NCBI GenBank assembly: GCA_021825295.1
Contig: JAKAHV010000002.1
Location: 3,141-67,140, forward strand
From: Nitrospirota bacterium
GTDB taxonomy: Bacteria > Nitrospirota > Thermodesulfovibrionia > Thermodesulfovibrionales > JdFR-88
Length of the DNA stretch: 64,000 bases
Reading direction: 5' to 3'
Position 1 is the stretch's first letter, and every line of letters begins with the position of its first letter. The position numbers and the translations under genes were made by a program. Below are positions 55,540 through 64,000 of the stretch, one piece after another. The notes under the pieces are model-generated. The model had not been told where the DNA came from, did no database searches, and saw only the letters and a program-made list of their open reading frames with translations.

Positions 55540-56139
55540 ATGGAAAAGGCGAAGTGGGGACTTGCCGCCGCCGGCTGGATGGCCGCGGTCCTCTTCATAT
55601 CCGTTATGCCTCTTTCGGGTGCTTGTGCGCGGCCTCCACTGGCGGGCAGTCAGGGTACTTCGGACCTGAATGGCGCAGGCGATCCCCCGGGAGACCCCCG
55701 TACCGGCGAAGGGCTTTTTCTCGGGACAATAAGGTTTAAAAACGGCGGCCCCCCGTGCATGGGGTGCCACAACGTGGGGCTCATAAGGTTTCTTGGCGGA
55801 GGCAACCTTGGTCCTGATCTGACCGGCGCCTACACGGCCTTCGGGGAGGCGGGGCTTGAGGCCGCCCTCTCCGACATCGAGTTTCCCACGATGGCGCCGC
55901 TTTATGCGGACCATCCGCTTACCGCGGGCGAAGTGGGCGATCTTGCCGCATTTTTGAAGCTGGCCGCGAGGAGAAAATCCACGAATATGGAGCCGATGTT
56001 TCTATATCTTTCCGGCGCGGGCTTTCTCCTCTTCATGTCCGTAACATGGATTGCCTGGCGCGGCAGGATCGCGCCGGTCCGCAGGGCCTTGACAGAGCGC
56101 TACGGCAGCTACCCGGGCAGGGCTGCCGGAGCCGGGTGA
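55540..56139 (+). CDS. membrane-anchored monoheme c-type cytochrome
   Basis: ATG 55540. Signal peptide. One CxxCH (PPCMGCHNVG). C-terminal TM (MFLYLSGAGFLLFMSVTWIAW). Lies 8 nt upstream of narG. Confidence 0.75.
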   Translation: MEKAKWGLAAAGWMAAVLFISVMPLSGACARPPLAGSQGTSDLNGAGDPPGDPRTGEGLFLGTIRFKNGGPPCMGCHNVGLIRFLGGGNLGPDLTGAYTAFGEAGLEAALSDIEFPTMAPLYADHPLTAGEVGDLAAFLKLAARRKSTNMEPMFLYLSGAGFLLFMSVTWIAWRGRIAPVRRALTERYGSYPGRAAGAG

Positions 56140-56146
56140 GCGCGGC

Positions 56147-59100
56147 ATGGGGTGGATACGGGACCTTGTAAGGCCGAAGGCCAGGCTTTGGGAAGACCTT
56201 TACAGAAACCGGTGGCAATACGACAAGCGGGTAAGGAGCACCCATGGCGTAAACTGCACCGGGGGATGCTCCTGGTGGGTCTACGTCAAGGAGGGCATAA
56301 TCACCTGGGAGCTGCAGGCGACCGACTACCCGTATCTGGCGGAAGGGCTGCCCCATCACGAGCCCAGGGGCTGTCAGCGCGGCATCAGCTTCTCGTGGTA
56401 CATATACAGTCCCCTCAGGGTCAAATATCCTTACATAAGGGGCGTGCTTGCGGACGCCTGGCGGAAGGCCGTATCGCTGCATCCGGACCCTGTCGAGGCA
56501 TGGGCCTCGATCGTTGAGGACAACGAGACCCGGGGCCTTTATCAAAGGGCCAGGGGAAAGGGCGGGCTCAGGCGCACCACGTGGGAGGAGGCCGTCAGGA
56601 TAATCGCGGCGGCGACGATATACACGGCAAAAAGATACGGCCCGGACAGGATCACAGGCTTCTCGCCGATACCCGCCATGTCCATGCTCAGTTATGCGGC
56701 GGGCACGAGGTTTCTCTCGCTGCTTGGGGGCGTCACCCTCAGTTTCTACGACTGGTATGCGGATTTTCCGCCCGCCTCGCCGGAGGTGTGGGGCGAGAAG
56801 ACTGACGTTGGCGAGAGCGCGGACTGGTACAACTCGAAATATATTGTCGTCATGGGATCGAACCTCAACATGACCCGCACGCCGGACGCCCATTTCGCCA
56901 CCCAGGCGAGATACAACGGGGCAAAGCTCGTTGTCCTTTCAACGGATTTAAGCCAGGTGGCGAAGCACGCGGACTGGTGGCTGCCCGTGGCCGCTGGGCA
57001 GGACGGCGCTTTCTGGATGGCCGTCTGCCATGTGATACTGAGGGAATTCCACTTCGAAAAGCAGGTCCCCTATTTCACCGGGTACCTGAAGCGCTACTCC
57101 GACGCGCCGTTTCTTGTAAGCCTGGAGGGCGGCGGTCCGGAGGGCGTGGCGGCGGTTTACAGGGCCGGCAAGTTCCTGCACGCCGCCCAGCTCGAAAGAT
57201 ACGCAGGTGTTGAAAACGGCCACTGGAAGACGGTGGTCTTTGACCGCACCTCAGGCGGCCCGCGCATGCCCAGGGGTAGCATAGGTTTCAGATGGCAGCA
57301 GACGCGCGGTCTCTGGAACCTTGAGATGAAAGACGGCCTGGACGGCGAGGACCTCGATCCCGTCCTGAGCTTCGCGGACTCGGCAGATGACGTGCTGCAG
57401 GTCGCCTTCCGCGACCATGCGGGCGGGCGGGACATCGTCCGCGGCGTGCCGGTGAAATTCATCGACACGAAGGAAGGCAGGAAACCGGTCGCGACGGTCT
57501 TCGACCTCATGATGGGGCAGTTCGGGGTGGAGGGGAAGGGCGGCTACGACGACCCCGGCATGCCTTATACGCCAGCCTGGCAGGAAAAGCACACCGGCAT
57601 CAAGGGCGATACAGTGGTGAGGTTCGCCAGGGAATGGGCGGAGACGGCGCGCCTCACGCAGGGCAAGTGCATGATAATCGTGGGCTCCGGCTCAAACCAC
57701 TGGTATCACAGCAACCTCATATACAGGGCGGGCATTACCGCGCTTGTTTTATGCGGCGCGGTGGGTGTAAACGGCGGGGGGCTCAACCATTACACGGGGC
57801 AGGAGAAGGTCGCACCGAATGCCTCATGGACGAGCATAGCCTTCGCGCTGGACTGGATAAAGCCGCCCAGGCAGCAAAACGCCCCCTCTTTTCACTACGT
57901 CCATTCGGACCAGTGGAGGTACGACCCCCCGATGGACGAAAACACGATTCTGGGGAATTCCCATCCGATGGAGATGCAGGTGGACGCGGTCCGCATGGGC
58001 TGGCTCCCCTTCTACCCCCAGTTCGACTCAAAAAACCCGCTGGAGCTTGCGCGCGAGGCGGTCCGCGCCGGGGCGAAGTCTGACGGGGAAATTGCCGCGT
58101 GGATTGCGGGGCAGCTCAGGGAAGGGAAACTCCGTTTCGCAGTGGAGGACCCGGATGCCCCAGGCAACTGGCCCCGCCTCTGGTTCATCTGGAGGGGCAA
58201 CGCGCTGCATACCAGCGCGAAGGGCCAGGAGTATTTCCTCAGGCATTACCTGGGCACGGATTCGAACGCCGTCTCGGAGGAGGTGGAAAAACAGAGAATA
58301 AGCGGCGTCAGGCGGGGCGATATCGAATGGCGGGAGCCGGCCCCTCAGGGGAAGCTGGACCTTGTTGTGGACCTCAATTTCAGGATGGACACCTCAGCGC
58401 TCTATTCGGATATCATACTGCCTTCCGCCACCTGGTACGAAAAAAACGACTTGAACACAACCGACCTGCACTCCTTCATCCATCCGATGTCGGCGGCGGT
58501 GCCCCCATGCTGGCAGTCCAGGGACGACTGGGACATATTCGCGGCCATCGCCAGGGAGGTGGGAGAGCTTGCGCGCACCCATTTCCCGGAGCCCTTCAGG
58601 GACATCGTCTCAACCGCCCTCGCGCACGACACCCCGGATGAGATATCGCAGCCCGCCGTCAGGAACTGGCACAGGGGCCAGTGCGAGCCCGTCCCCGGGC
58701 AAACGATGCCGAACATCACGGTCGTGGAGCGCGATTACGCGAACATCCACGACCGCTTCGTCTCTTACGGCCGCGAACACAAAAAAAACGGGATGGCGGA
58801 GCACGGCATACGGTGGGAAGTGGCGGACCTCTACGACCGTTATCTCGAAAACGCCCCCTCTAGGCAGTTCGGCGGCGAAAGATACATAGCCATGGAGGAG
58901 ATGAAACAGGCGGCAAACGTCCTGCTTTACTTCGCGCCGGAGACCAACGGCGAGGTCGCCTGGAGGGGTTTTGAGGCGGAAGAAGAACACGCGGGCGTTG
59001 GCCTCAAGGACCTGGCCCGGGACGGCCGCAGCCTGAGATATAATTTTGACGACCTCCTGGCGCAGCCCCGGCGGCTCCTTACAAGCCCATTCTGGAGCGG

Positions 59101-59770
59101 CATCACAAACAACGGCCGGGCGTATTCGGCCTATTGCATCAATGTGGAAAGGCTGCTGCCCTGGCGCACGCTCACCGGCAGGCAGCATTTCTACCTGGAC
59201 CATGAAGGCTATCTGGATTTCGGCGAAAACCTCCCCACGTTCAAACCGGGGCTCAGCGCCGCCGGTTACCGGGATTTCGAAAAAAGCCGGCACGAGGGGG
59301 GCCCCGTTAAAACCATAGCCCTCGCCTACCTTACCCCCCACGGCAAATGGCACATCCACAGCACCTATTACGACAACCTCATAATGCTCACGCTCTCAAG
59401 GGGGGTGGAGCCCTTCTGGATGAACCCGGAAGACGCGGCCTTGGTGGGTGTGCGGGACAACGACTGGGTAGAGGTATTCAACGACAACGGGGTCGTCGTC
59501 ACGAGGGCCGCGGTGAGCGCGCGAATACCGAAAGGGGCCGGCTTCTTCTATCACGCTCCGGAGCGGACCATCGATTTCGCCAGATCGCCGCTCAGAAAGA
59601 TGGGGCGGGGCGGCGGGACGAACGCGCTGACGCGCATCCGCCTGAAACCCGTTTTCATGGTCGGCGGATATGCCCATCTGTCATTCGCCTTCAATGCCTG
59701 GGGGCCGCCGAGCCCGGACCGCGACGGTTTTGCCTTCGTCCGCAGGCTGCCGGGCAGGCCGGTCTTTTAG
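56147..59770 (+). CDS. narG: respiratory nitrate reductase alpha subunit (cytoplasm-facing NarG type)
   Basis: 1207 aa. Colinear by eye with E. coli NarG (RWQYDKRVRSTHGVNCTGGCSWWVYVKEGIITWE, GFSPIPAMSMLSYAAGTRFLSLLGG, DWYNSKYIVVMGSN, LPSATWYEKNDLNTTDLHSFIHP). No twin-arginine leader. Confidence 0.95.
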   Translation: MGWIRDLVRPKARLWEDLYRNRWQYDKRVRSTHGVNCTGGCSWWVYVKEGIITWELQATDYPYLAEGLPHHEPRGCQRGISFSWYIYSPLRVKYPYIRGVLADAWRKAVSLHPDPVEAWASIVEDNETRGLYQRARGKGGLRRTTWEEAVRIIAAATIYTAKRYGPDRITGFSPIPAMSMLSYAAGTRFLSLLGGVTLSFYDWYADFPPASPEVWGEKTDVGESADWYNSKYIVVMGSNLNMTRTPDAHFATQARYNGAKLVVLSTDLSQVAKHADWWLPVAAGQDGAFWMAVCHVILREFHFEKQVPYFTGYLKRYSDAPFLVSLEGGGPEGVAAVYRAGKFLHAAQLERYAGVENGHWKTVVFDRTSGGPRMPRGSIGFRWQQTRGLWNLEMKDGLDGEDLDPVLSFADSADDVLQVAFRDHAGGRDIVRGVPVKFIDTKEGRKPVATVFDLMMGQFGVEGKGGYDDPGMPYTPAWQEKHTGIKGDTVVRFAREWAETARLTQGKCMIIVGSGSNHWYHSNLIYRAGITALVLCGAVGVNGGGLNHYTGQEKVAPNASWTSIAFALDWIKPPRQQNAPSFHYVHSDQWRYDPPMDENTILGNSHPMEMQVDAVRMGWLPFYPQFDSKNPLELAREAVRAGAKSDGEIAAWIAGQLREGKLRFAVEDPDAPGNWPRLWFIWRGNALHTSAKGQEYFLRHYLGTDSNAVSEEVEKQRISGVRRGDIEWREPAPQGKLDLVVDLNFRMDTSALYSDIILPSATWYEKNDLNTTDLHSFIHPMSAAVPPCWQSRDDWDIFAAIAREVGELARTHFPEPFRDIVSTALAHDTPDEISQPAVRNWHRGQCEPVPGQTMPNITVVERDYANIHDRFVSYGREHKKNGMAEHGIRWEVADLYDRYLENAPSRQFGGERYIAMEEMKQAANVLLYFAPETNGEVAWRGFEAEEEHAGVGLKDLARDGRSLRYNFDDLLAQPRRLLTSPFWSGITNNGRAYSAYCINVERLLPWRTLTGRQHFYLDHEGYLDFGENLPTFKPGLSAAGYRDFEKSRHEGGPVKTIALAYLTPHGKWHIHSTYYDNLIMLTLSRGVEPFWMNPEDAALVGVRDNDWVEVFNDNGVVVTRAAVSARIPKGAGFFYHAPERTIDFARSPLRKMGRGGGTNALTRIRLKPVFMVGGYAHLSFAFNAWGPPSPDRDGFAFVRRLPGRPVF

Positions 59771-59836
59771 GGCTTCGGTGAGAGAAACCTTCTTGTCTGA
59801 AAAGGAAAGGAGGCGTGTAGGGAGGATGTCAATATC

Positions 59837-61327
59837 ATGAATATTCGCGCTCAGGTCTCGATGGTCTTTCACCTGGACAAGTGCATCGGCTGCCATACGT
59901 GCAGCGTCGCCTGCAAGAACATCTGGACGTCGCGTCCCGGGACGGAATACATGTGGTGGAACAACGTGGAGACGAAACCCGGCACCGGGTATCCGGCCCT
60001 CTGGGAAGACCAGGGCAGATACAGAGGCGGATGGACCGGAGGCAGGAGGGACGGGACAAAAGCGAAACTGAAACTGCAGGGCAGGGCGCAGGGCCTTGCG
60101 AATATCTTCTTCAACCCGCGCCTGCCCGCGATAGACGACTATTACGAGCCCTGGACTTACAGCTACCGGCATCTCACGGACGCCCCCCAGGCGGACGTCC
60201 AGCCGGTTGCGCTGCCCGTATCGCAGATAACCGGAGGGCGCATGAACATAGAGGCCGGCCCCAACTGGGACGACGACCTCGGCGGCTCCGAGGTCTACGC
60301 CGCGGCCGACCCCAATCTGGCCGCGCTCACGGATGAGGAAAAAAGGCAGCTCTTCAGTCTCGAACGGATGATGTTCTTCTACGTCCCGCGCATCTGCAAC
60401 CACTGCATAAACCCGGCGTGCGTGGGGGCATGCCCGGCCGGGGCCATCTACAAGAGGGGCGAGGACGGCATTGTCCTGGTGAGCCAGGACAAGTGCCGCG
60501 CCTGGAGGATGTGCATTTCGGGATGTCCTTACAAGAAGGTCTATTTCAACTGGCGCACCGGCAAGTCGGAGAAATGCATCCTCTGCTACCCGAGGCAGGA
60601 GACAGGCCAGGCCCCCGCGTGCTTTCATTCGTGCGTCGGGCGCATCCGCTACCTCGGGCTTTTGCTTTATGACGCGGACGGCATAGCCCGGGCCTCGGCC
60701 CGGCCCGCGCGGGAGCTTGTAAGCGCCCAGCGGGGGCTTATCCTCGACCCCTTCGATCCGGAGGTGACGGAGCAGGCAAGGCGCGACGGGCTCGACGACA
60801 AGGCAATACAAGCCGCCCGGAGGTCCCCGGTCTATAAATACGTAAAGGAATGGGAACTGGCCCTTCCGCTCCACCCGGAGTTCCGCACCCTGCCCATGCT
60901 GTTTTACGTGCCGTCGCTTCTGCCCGTGGCCGCCATTGTGGAAGGCGGCCTTTACAATACGGGGAGCGACTACTTCGGGGGCGTGATGCGCGCGCCGCTT
61001 AAATACCTTGCCTCCCTTTTTGCCGCAGGCGACGGACGGGAGATAGAGAGGATAAACAGGAAGCTCGTTGCCGTCCGCGTTTACAGGCGCGCGCAGTCCG
61101 TGGGCGATATCGACGCGAAAAAGGCGGAAGGGGTTTTGGAGGCGGCCGGGCTTTCGCCGCAGGCCGCGGAGGACATTTACCGCCTCACCGCTCTTGCCGG
61201 TTTCGAAGACAGGTTCGTCGTGCCGCCTTTCATGAGGGAGAGGATGGTGGAGGTTTTAGAGGACCCGCAGAGGCGCAAGGAGGACGCGGGCGCGGGCTAC
61301 CTGCGGAAAATCCGGCGGCGGTTTTGA
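59837..61327 (+). CDS. narH: respiratory nitrate reductase beta subunit
   Basis: MNIRAQVSMVFHLDKCIGCHTCSVACKNIWT...CNHCINPACVGACP...CRAWRMCISGCPYKK...CILCYPR. Four Fe-S cluster boxes. Confidence 0.95.
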   Translation: MNIRAQVSMVFHLDKCIGCHTCSVACKNIWTSRPGTEYMWWNNVETKPGTGYPALWEDQGRYRGGWTGGRRDGTKAKLKLQGRAQGLANIFFNPRLPAIDDYYEPWTYSYRHLTDAPQADVQPVALPVSQITGGRMNIEAGPNWDDDLGGSEVYAAADPNLAALTDEEKRQLFSLERMMFFYVPRICNHCINPACVGACPAGAIYKRGEDGIVLVSQDKCRAWRMCISGCPYKKVYFNWRTGKSEKCILCYPRQETGQAPACFHSCVGRIRYLGLLLYDADGIARASARPARELVSAQRGLILDPFDPEVTEQARRDGLDDKAIQAARRSPVYKYVKEWELALPLHPEFRTLPMLFYVPSLLPVAAIVEGGLYNTGSDYFGGVMRAPLKYLASLFAAGDGREIERINRKLVAVRVYRRAQSVGDIDAKKAEGVLEAAGLSPQAAEDIYRLTALAGFEDRFVVPPFMRERMVEVLEDPQRRKEDAGAGYLRKIRRRF

Positions 61328-61959
61328 TGGAAGATAAAAAGAGGCTTGCCCTGGGGCTCTTTGCGGACATGCTCGGATATCCGGGGGATGCGTCTTCCAT
61401 ACAGACCCTGGCCGGAAAGGCCCTCGAATGCGCCGCCCTTCTGGGGGGGAAGGCGAAAGACCCGCTGGCCGCCTTTTCGGAGCGTTTAAAGGCCATCGGA
61501 GAAGGGGGCGGGCTGGAAGAGATATTCACGGCCACTTTTGATTTCAGGGAGGATTGCTCCCCGTACGCGGGCTGCCATATCTTTGGAGAGGGCGGCCCAT
61601 CGCGCGGGGGCAATGATAGGCGCGGCGTCTTCATGGCCGGCCTGCAGGAGCAGTACAGGGCCTGCGGGTTTCCGCTCCGGCCCGGGGAGGAACTGCCCGA
61701 CCATCTGGCAGTCATGCTGAGGTTCCTCAGCCATCCCCCGGGACCGCATAACCGGCGGGCCGGAGAGTCCGGCGATTCTGGCGATTTTGGTGATTCAGGC
61801 GATTTTGATGATTCAGACAGGGGGGAGCTTGTAAGGGACTGCATCGTTCCGGCGGCCGGGAAAATGCTCAAGGCCATTAACGCGGGCGGCAGGGGCGAAA
61901 ATCCTTACGCATTTTTATTGCAGGCGCTGCTGGCCGCGCTGACGGACGGGGAGGTCTGA
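61327..61959 (+). CDS. narJ: nitrate reductase Mo-cofactor assembly chaperone NarJ (TorD family) with acidic repeat insert
   Basis: Position between narH and narI. ATG 61327 shares one nt with the narH stop (TGATG). Helical TorD-like sequence. Insert GESGDSGDFGDSGDFDDSD. Confidence 0.75.
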   Translation: MEDKKRLALGLFADMLGYPGDASSIQTLAGKALECAALLGGKAKDPLAAFSERLKAIGEGGGLEEIFTATFDFREDCSPYAGCHIFGEGGPSRGGNDRRGVFMAGLQEQYRACGFPLRPGEELPDHLAVMLRFLSHPPGPHNRRAGESGDSGDFGDSGDFDDSDRGELVRDCIVPAAGKMLKAINAGGRGENPYAFLLQALLAALTDGEV

Positions 61960-63159
61960 ATGGCCCCTGTTTATTTTGCCGTCATTCCTTACGCGGCGAT
62001 GGTTATCGCGGTCGCTGGGGGGATTTACCGCTATTTCGCGGACCGGTTCTCGTACTCCAGCTTTTCCTCCCAGTTGCTGGAGGACCAAACGCTCTTCTGG
62101 GGCTCCGTGCCCTGGCATTACGGCATAACCATCATTCTTTTTGCGCACGTCATTCCCATTTTTGCGCCTTCCCTCTGGGTATGGCTGCACAGCGACCCCA
62201 TGCGCATGCTGATTTTCGAGCTTATCGGAAGCGCCCTCGGCCTGCTTGCGATATTCGGCCTGCTGGCGCTCATTCTGCGCCGCATTCTAAGCCGGAGGGC
62301 GGCGGCGGTGACTTCCGTCATGGACTGGGTCCTTTTGGCCGGCCTCCTGCTGCAGGTGTCCGCGGGGGCGTATATAACGCTGTTTTACCGGTGGGGTTCG
62401 ATGTGGTACGTATATACCGCCGCGCCCTGGCTGCGTTCTCTTTTTATGTTTTCCCCGCGTCCGGATTTGATAACCGCGCTGCCATGGGTGGTGAGGTTCC
62501 ATGCCCTGAACGCGTTTGTCCTCATAGGGCTTTTTCCGTTTACAAGGCTCGTCCATATATTCACCGTGCCGGTTTCCTATTTATGGCGGCCCTATCAGGT
62601 GGTAATATGGAATGGCCCGGGCCGCGAGGCAGGCGCAATCGGGACAGGAGGCAACGGAGGCGGGGTGACACGCAGGGGATTTTTCCGGAAGGCCGTAATC
62701 TGGGCGCTGTCGGGGGCGGCGGGGATTGTCACCGCCGTGCCGGCGCTGCGGTTCATCATAAATGCCCAGCCGTTGTCCGGCCTCGTGTGGAGCAAGGTTG
62801 GCGATGTGGGCCCGCTTCCGGTGGACAGCCCGGTAAGCATGAATTTCGAGATGCGCTCCACCGAGGCCTATATGCACCAGATGGTGCTTCACGACGTCTG
62901 GGTCGTAAGGCGCTCCGCGGGCGGCTTCGCGGTCTTTTCCCCCATCTGCCCCCACCTGGGCTGCCATTACAAATGGGACCCGGAGATGGCGCATTTCGAA
63001 TGCCCGTGCCATGGGAGCGTCTTCACCATAGACGGCAGGGTGATCGCGGGGCCCGCGCCCCGTCCGCTTGACACCCTGCCCTACAGGATTGAAAACGGGA
63101 CGCTCTATGTGAAATGGGAGCGGTTCCAGGTGGGCATACCGAAAAAGGTGCGCGTGTAG
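61960..63159 (+). CDS. narI: nitrate reductase gamma subunit (NarI) fused to a Rieske [2Fe-2S] domain
   Basis: aa 1-~225 are NarI with both bis-His pairs (WHYGITIILFAHV; RFHALN...RLVHIF). Then a Gly-rich linker, the RRGFFRK motif plus a TM, and a Rieske domain (CPHLGCH...CPCHGS). Confidence 0.85.
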   Translation: MAPVYFAVIPYAAMVIAVAGGIYRYFADRFSYSSFSSQLLEDQTLFWGSVPWHYGITIILFAHVIPIFAPSLWVWLHSDPMRMLIFELIGSALGLLAIFGLLALILRRILSRRAAAVTSVMDWVLLAGLLLQVSAGAYITLFYRWGSMWYVYTAAPWLRSLFMFSPRPDLITALPWVVRFHALNAFVLIGLFPFTRLVHIFTVPVSYLWRPYQVVIWNGPGREAGAIGTGGNGGGVTRRGFFRKAVIWALSGAAGIVTAVPALRFIINAQPLSGLVWSKVGDVGPLPVDSPVSMNFEMRSTEAYMHQMVLHDVWVVRRSAGGFAVFSPICPHLGCHYKWDPEMAHFECPCHGSVFTIDGRVIAGPAPRPLDTLPYRIENGTLYVKWERFQVGIPKKVRV

Positions 63160-63169
63160 GAGGATGGGG

Positions 63170-64000
63170 ATGCTTGACCGGATATGGGGCTGGTTCACCG
63201 GACGGTGGCCTTATTACAAGGTGCGGGACTTTCTGCTTGAGGAGGAGTTGCCCGGCCCGCCGAGCTTCGCCTATACGTTTGGCAGCACCGTGCTTCTGAT
63301 CTTCGCCCTGCAGGCGGCCACCGGCATTGCGCAGCTCTTCTATTACGTGCCCGCCATAGACCACGCGTATAACAGCCTCGCGTTCCTCAGAAGGCAGGTG
63401 CCCTTTGGATGGCTTATCCACAACCTGCATTACTGGGGCGCAAACATGATGGTCATCATGGTCAGCCTGCACATGGTCCAGGTCTACACATGGGGGGCCT
63501 ACAAGATACAGCTTACCTGGCTGATAGGCGTGGTCCTTCTCCTTGCGACCATGGCCATGAGCGTAACCGGCGCGACCCTCCCATGGGGCCAGGGGGGCTA
63601 CTGGGCGGGCGAGGTCAGCACGAGTATCGCCGGGGAGGTGCCGGTCGTGGGGGGGATTCTGGAGACCGTCATGCGCGGCGGCCATGTGATGGGCCAGCTT
63701 GCGCTTTCGAGGTTTTTCGTTTTTCACATCGGGATATTCGCCCCCCTGCTTGCGCTTTTTATCGGGGCGCACATACTGTCGTTTCGCCACAGCGGCATCG
63801 CGGGGCCCTGGGACCCCTCCAAAAGAGCAATAAAAGGCCGGTTCTGGCCGGACCAGGCCATGAAGGACGTCATCATGGGCAGCGCGGTTTTTTTTATCAT
63901 GCTGACCCTTTCCGTCTACTGGCCTCCCGGCTTTGGCGGCGCCGCCGATACCCTGAATACCATGTACGTGCCCAAGCCGGAGTGGAACTTTCTCTTTATC
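63170..64000 (+). CDS. cytochrome b (bc-complex type), 5' part; ORF runs off the window
   Basis: Not in the ORF track (no stop). AGGAGG at 63158-63163, then ATG 63170. 277 stop-free codons to nt 64000. Heme ligands HNLHYWGANMMVIMVSLH (H-X13-H) and FHIGIFAPLLALFIGAH (H-X14-H). PKPEWNFLF is the Qo-site PEW motif. Confidence 0.85.
   Translation, partial: MLDRIWGWFTGRWPYYKVRDFLLEEELPGPPSFAYTFGSTVLLIFALQAATGIAQLFYYVPAIDHAYNSLAFLRRQVPFGWLIHNLHYWGANMMVIMVSLHMVQVYTWGAYKIQLTWLIGVVLLLATMAMSVTGATLPWGQGGYWAGEVSTSIAGEVPVVGGILETVMRGGHVMGQLALSRFFVFHIGIFAPLLALFIGAHILSFRHSGIAGPWDPSKRAIKGRFWPDQAMKDVIMGSAVFFIMLTLSVYWPPGFGGAADTLNTMYVPKPEWNFLFI

Overview
GC-rich, densely coding bacterial chromosomal window; most long genes are on the + strand. 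All family calls come from motif recognition by eye; no searches were run.

Contents, left to right:
- (i) 1-1.9 kb: an edge fragment and small conserved hypotheticals.
- (ii) 2.0-13.2 kb: an extended-hopanoid (bacteriohopanepolyol / cyclitol-ether) cluster. Order: IDI-like Nudix, hpnJ, hpnK, small EamA-like membrane protein, shc, hpnA, DUF116-like, hpnH, DUF422/CruF-like membrane protein, hpnG (minus strand), hpnI.
- (iii) 13.3-22.6 kb, accessory stretch: an orphan GAF-histidine kinase; a two-gene cassette (small Cys-containing protein plus MetA-type outer-membrane barrel) bracketed by 21-29 bp inverted repeats; a secreted protein with seven 27-bp tandem repeats; a 1010-aa M1-peptidase/ChaN(TIKI-like)/PDZ fusion; UspA; higBA; FKBP.
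- (iv) 22.9-37.7 kb: a 13-gene complex I operon nuoA-N with fused nuoCD.
- (v) 37.7-45.5 kb: an AT-rich gap with a permease remnant and a 60-aa ORF; a Zn-ADH; a 1476-aa protein whose last ~520 aa are the ATP-grasp plus phosphohistidine domains of pyruvate phosphate dikinase and whose first ~950 aa I cannot assign; trmO; a small OMP.
- (vi) 45.6-54.4 kb: kdpFABC-(ynfA-like)-kdpDE.
- (vii) 54.7-64.0 kb: UspA, a near-consensus promoter, a 190-bp palindromic element, then cytochrome c-narG-narH-narJ-(narI fused in frame to a Rieske domain)-cytochrome b. The cytochrome b gene runs off the window and is absent from the supplied ORF track.

No rRNA, tRNA, CRISPR array, transposase or integrase was recognised.

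Best candidates for something undescribed:
- the NarI::Rieske / cytochrome b nitrate-reductase module;
- the PPDK-derived giant protein;
- the repeat-bracketed cassette and its palindromic element family.
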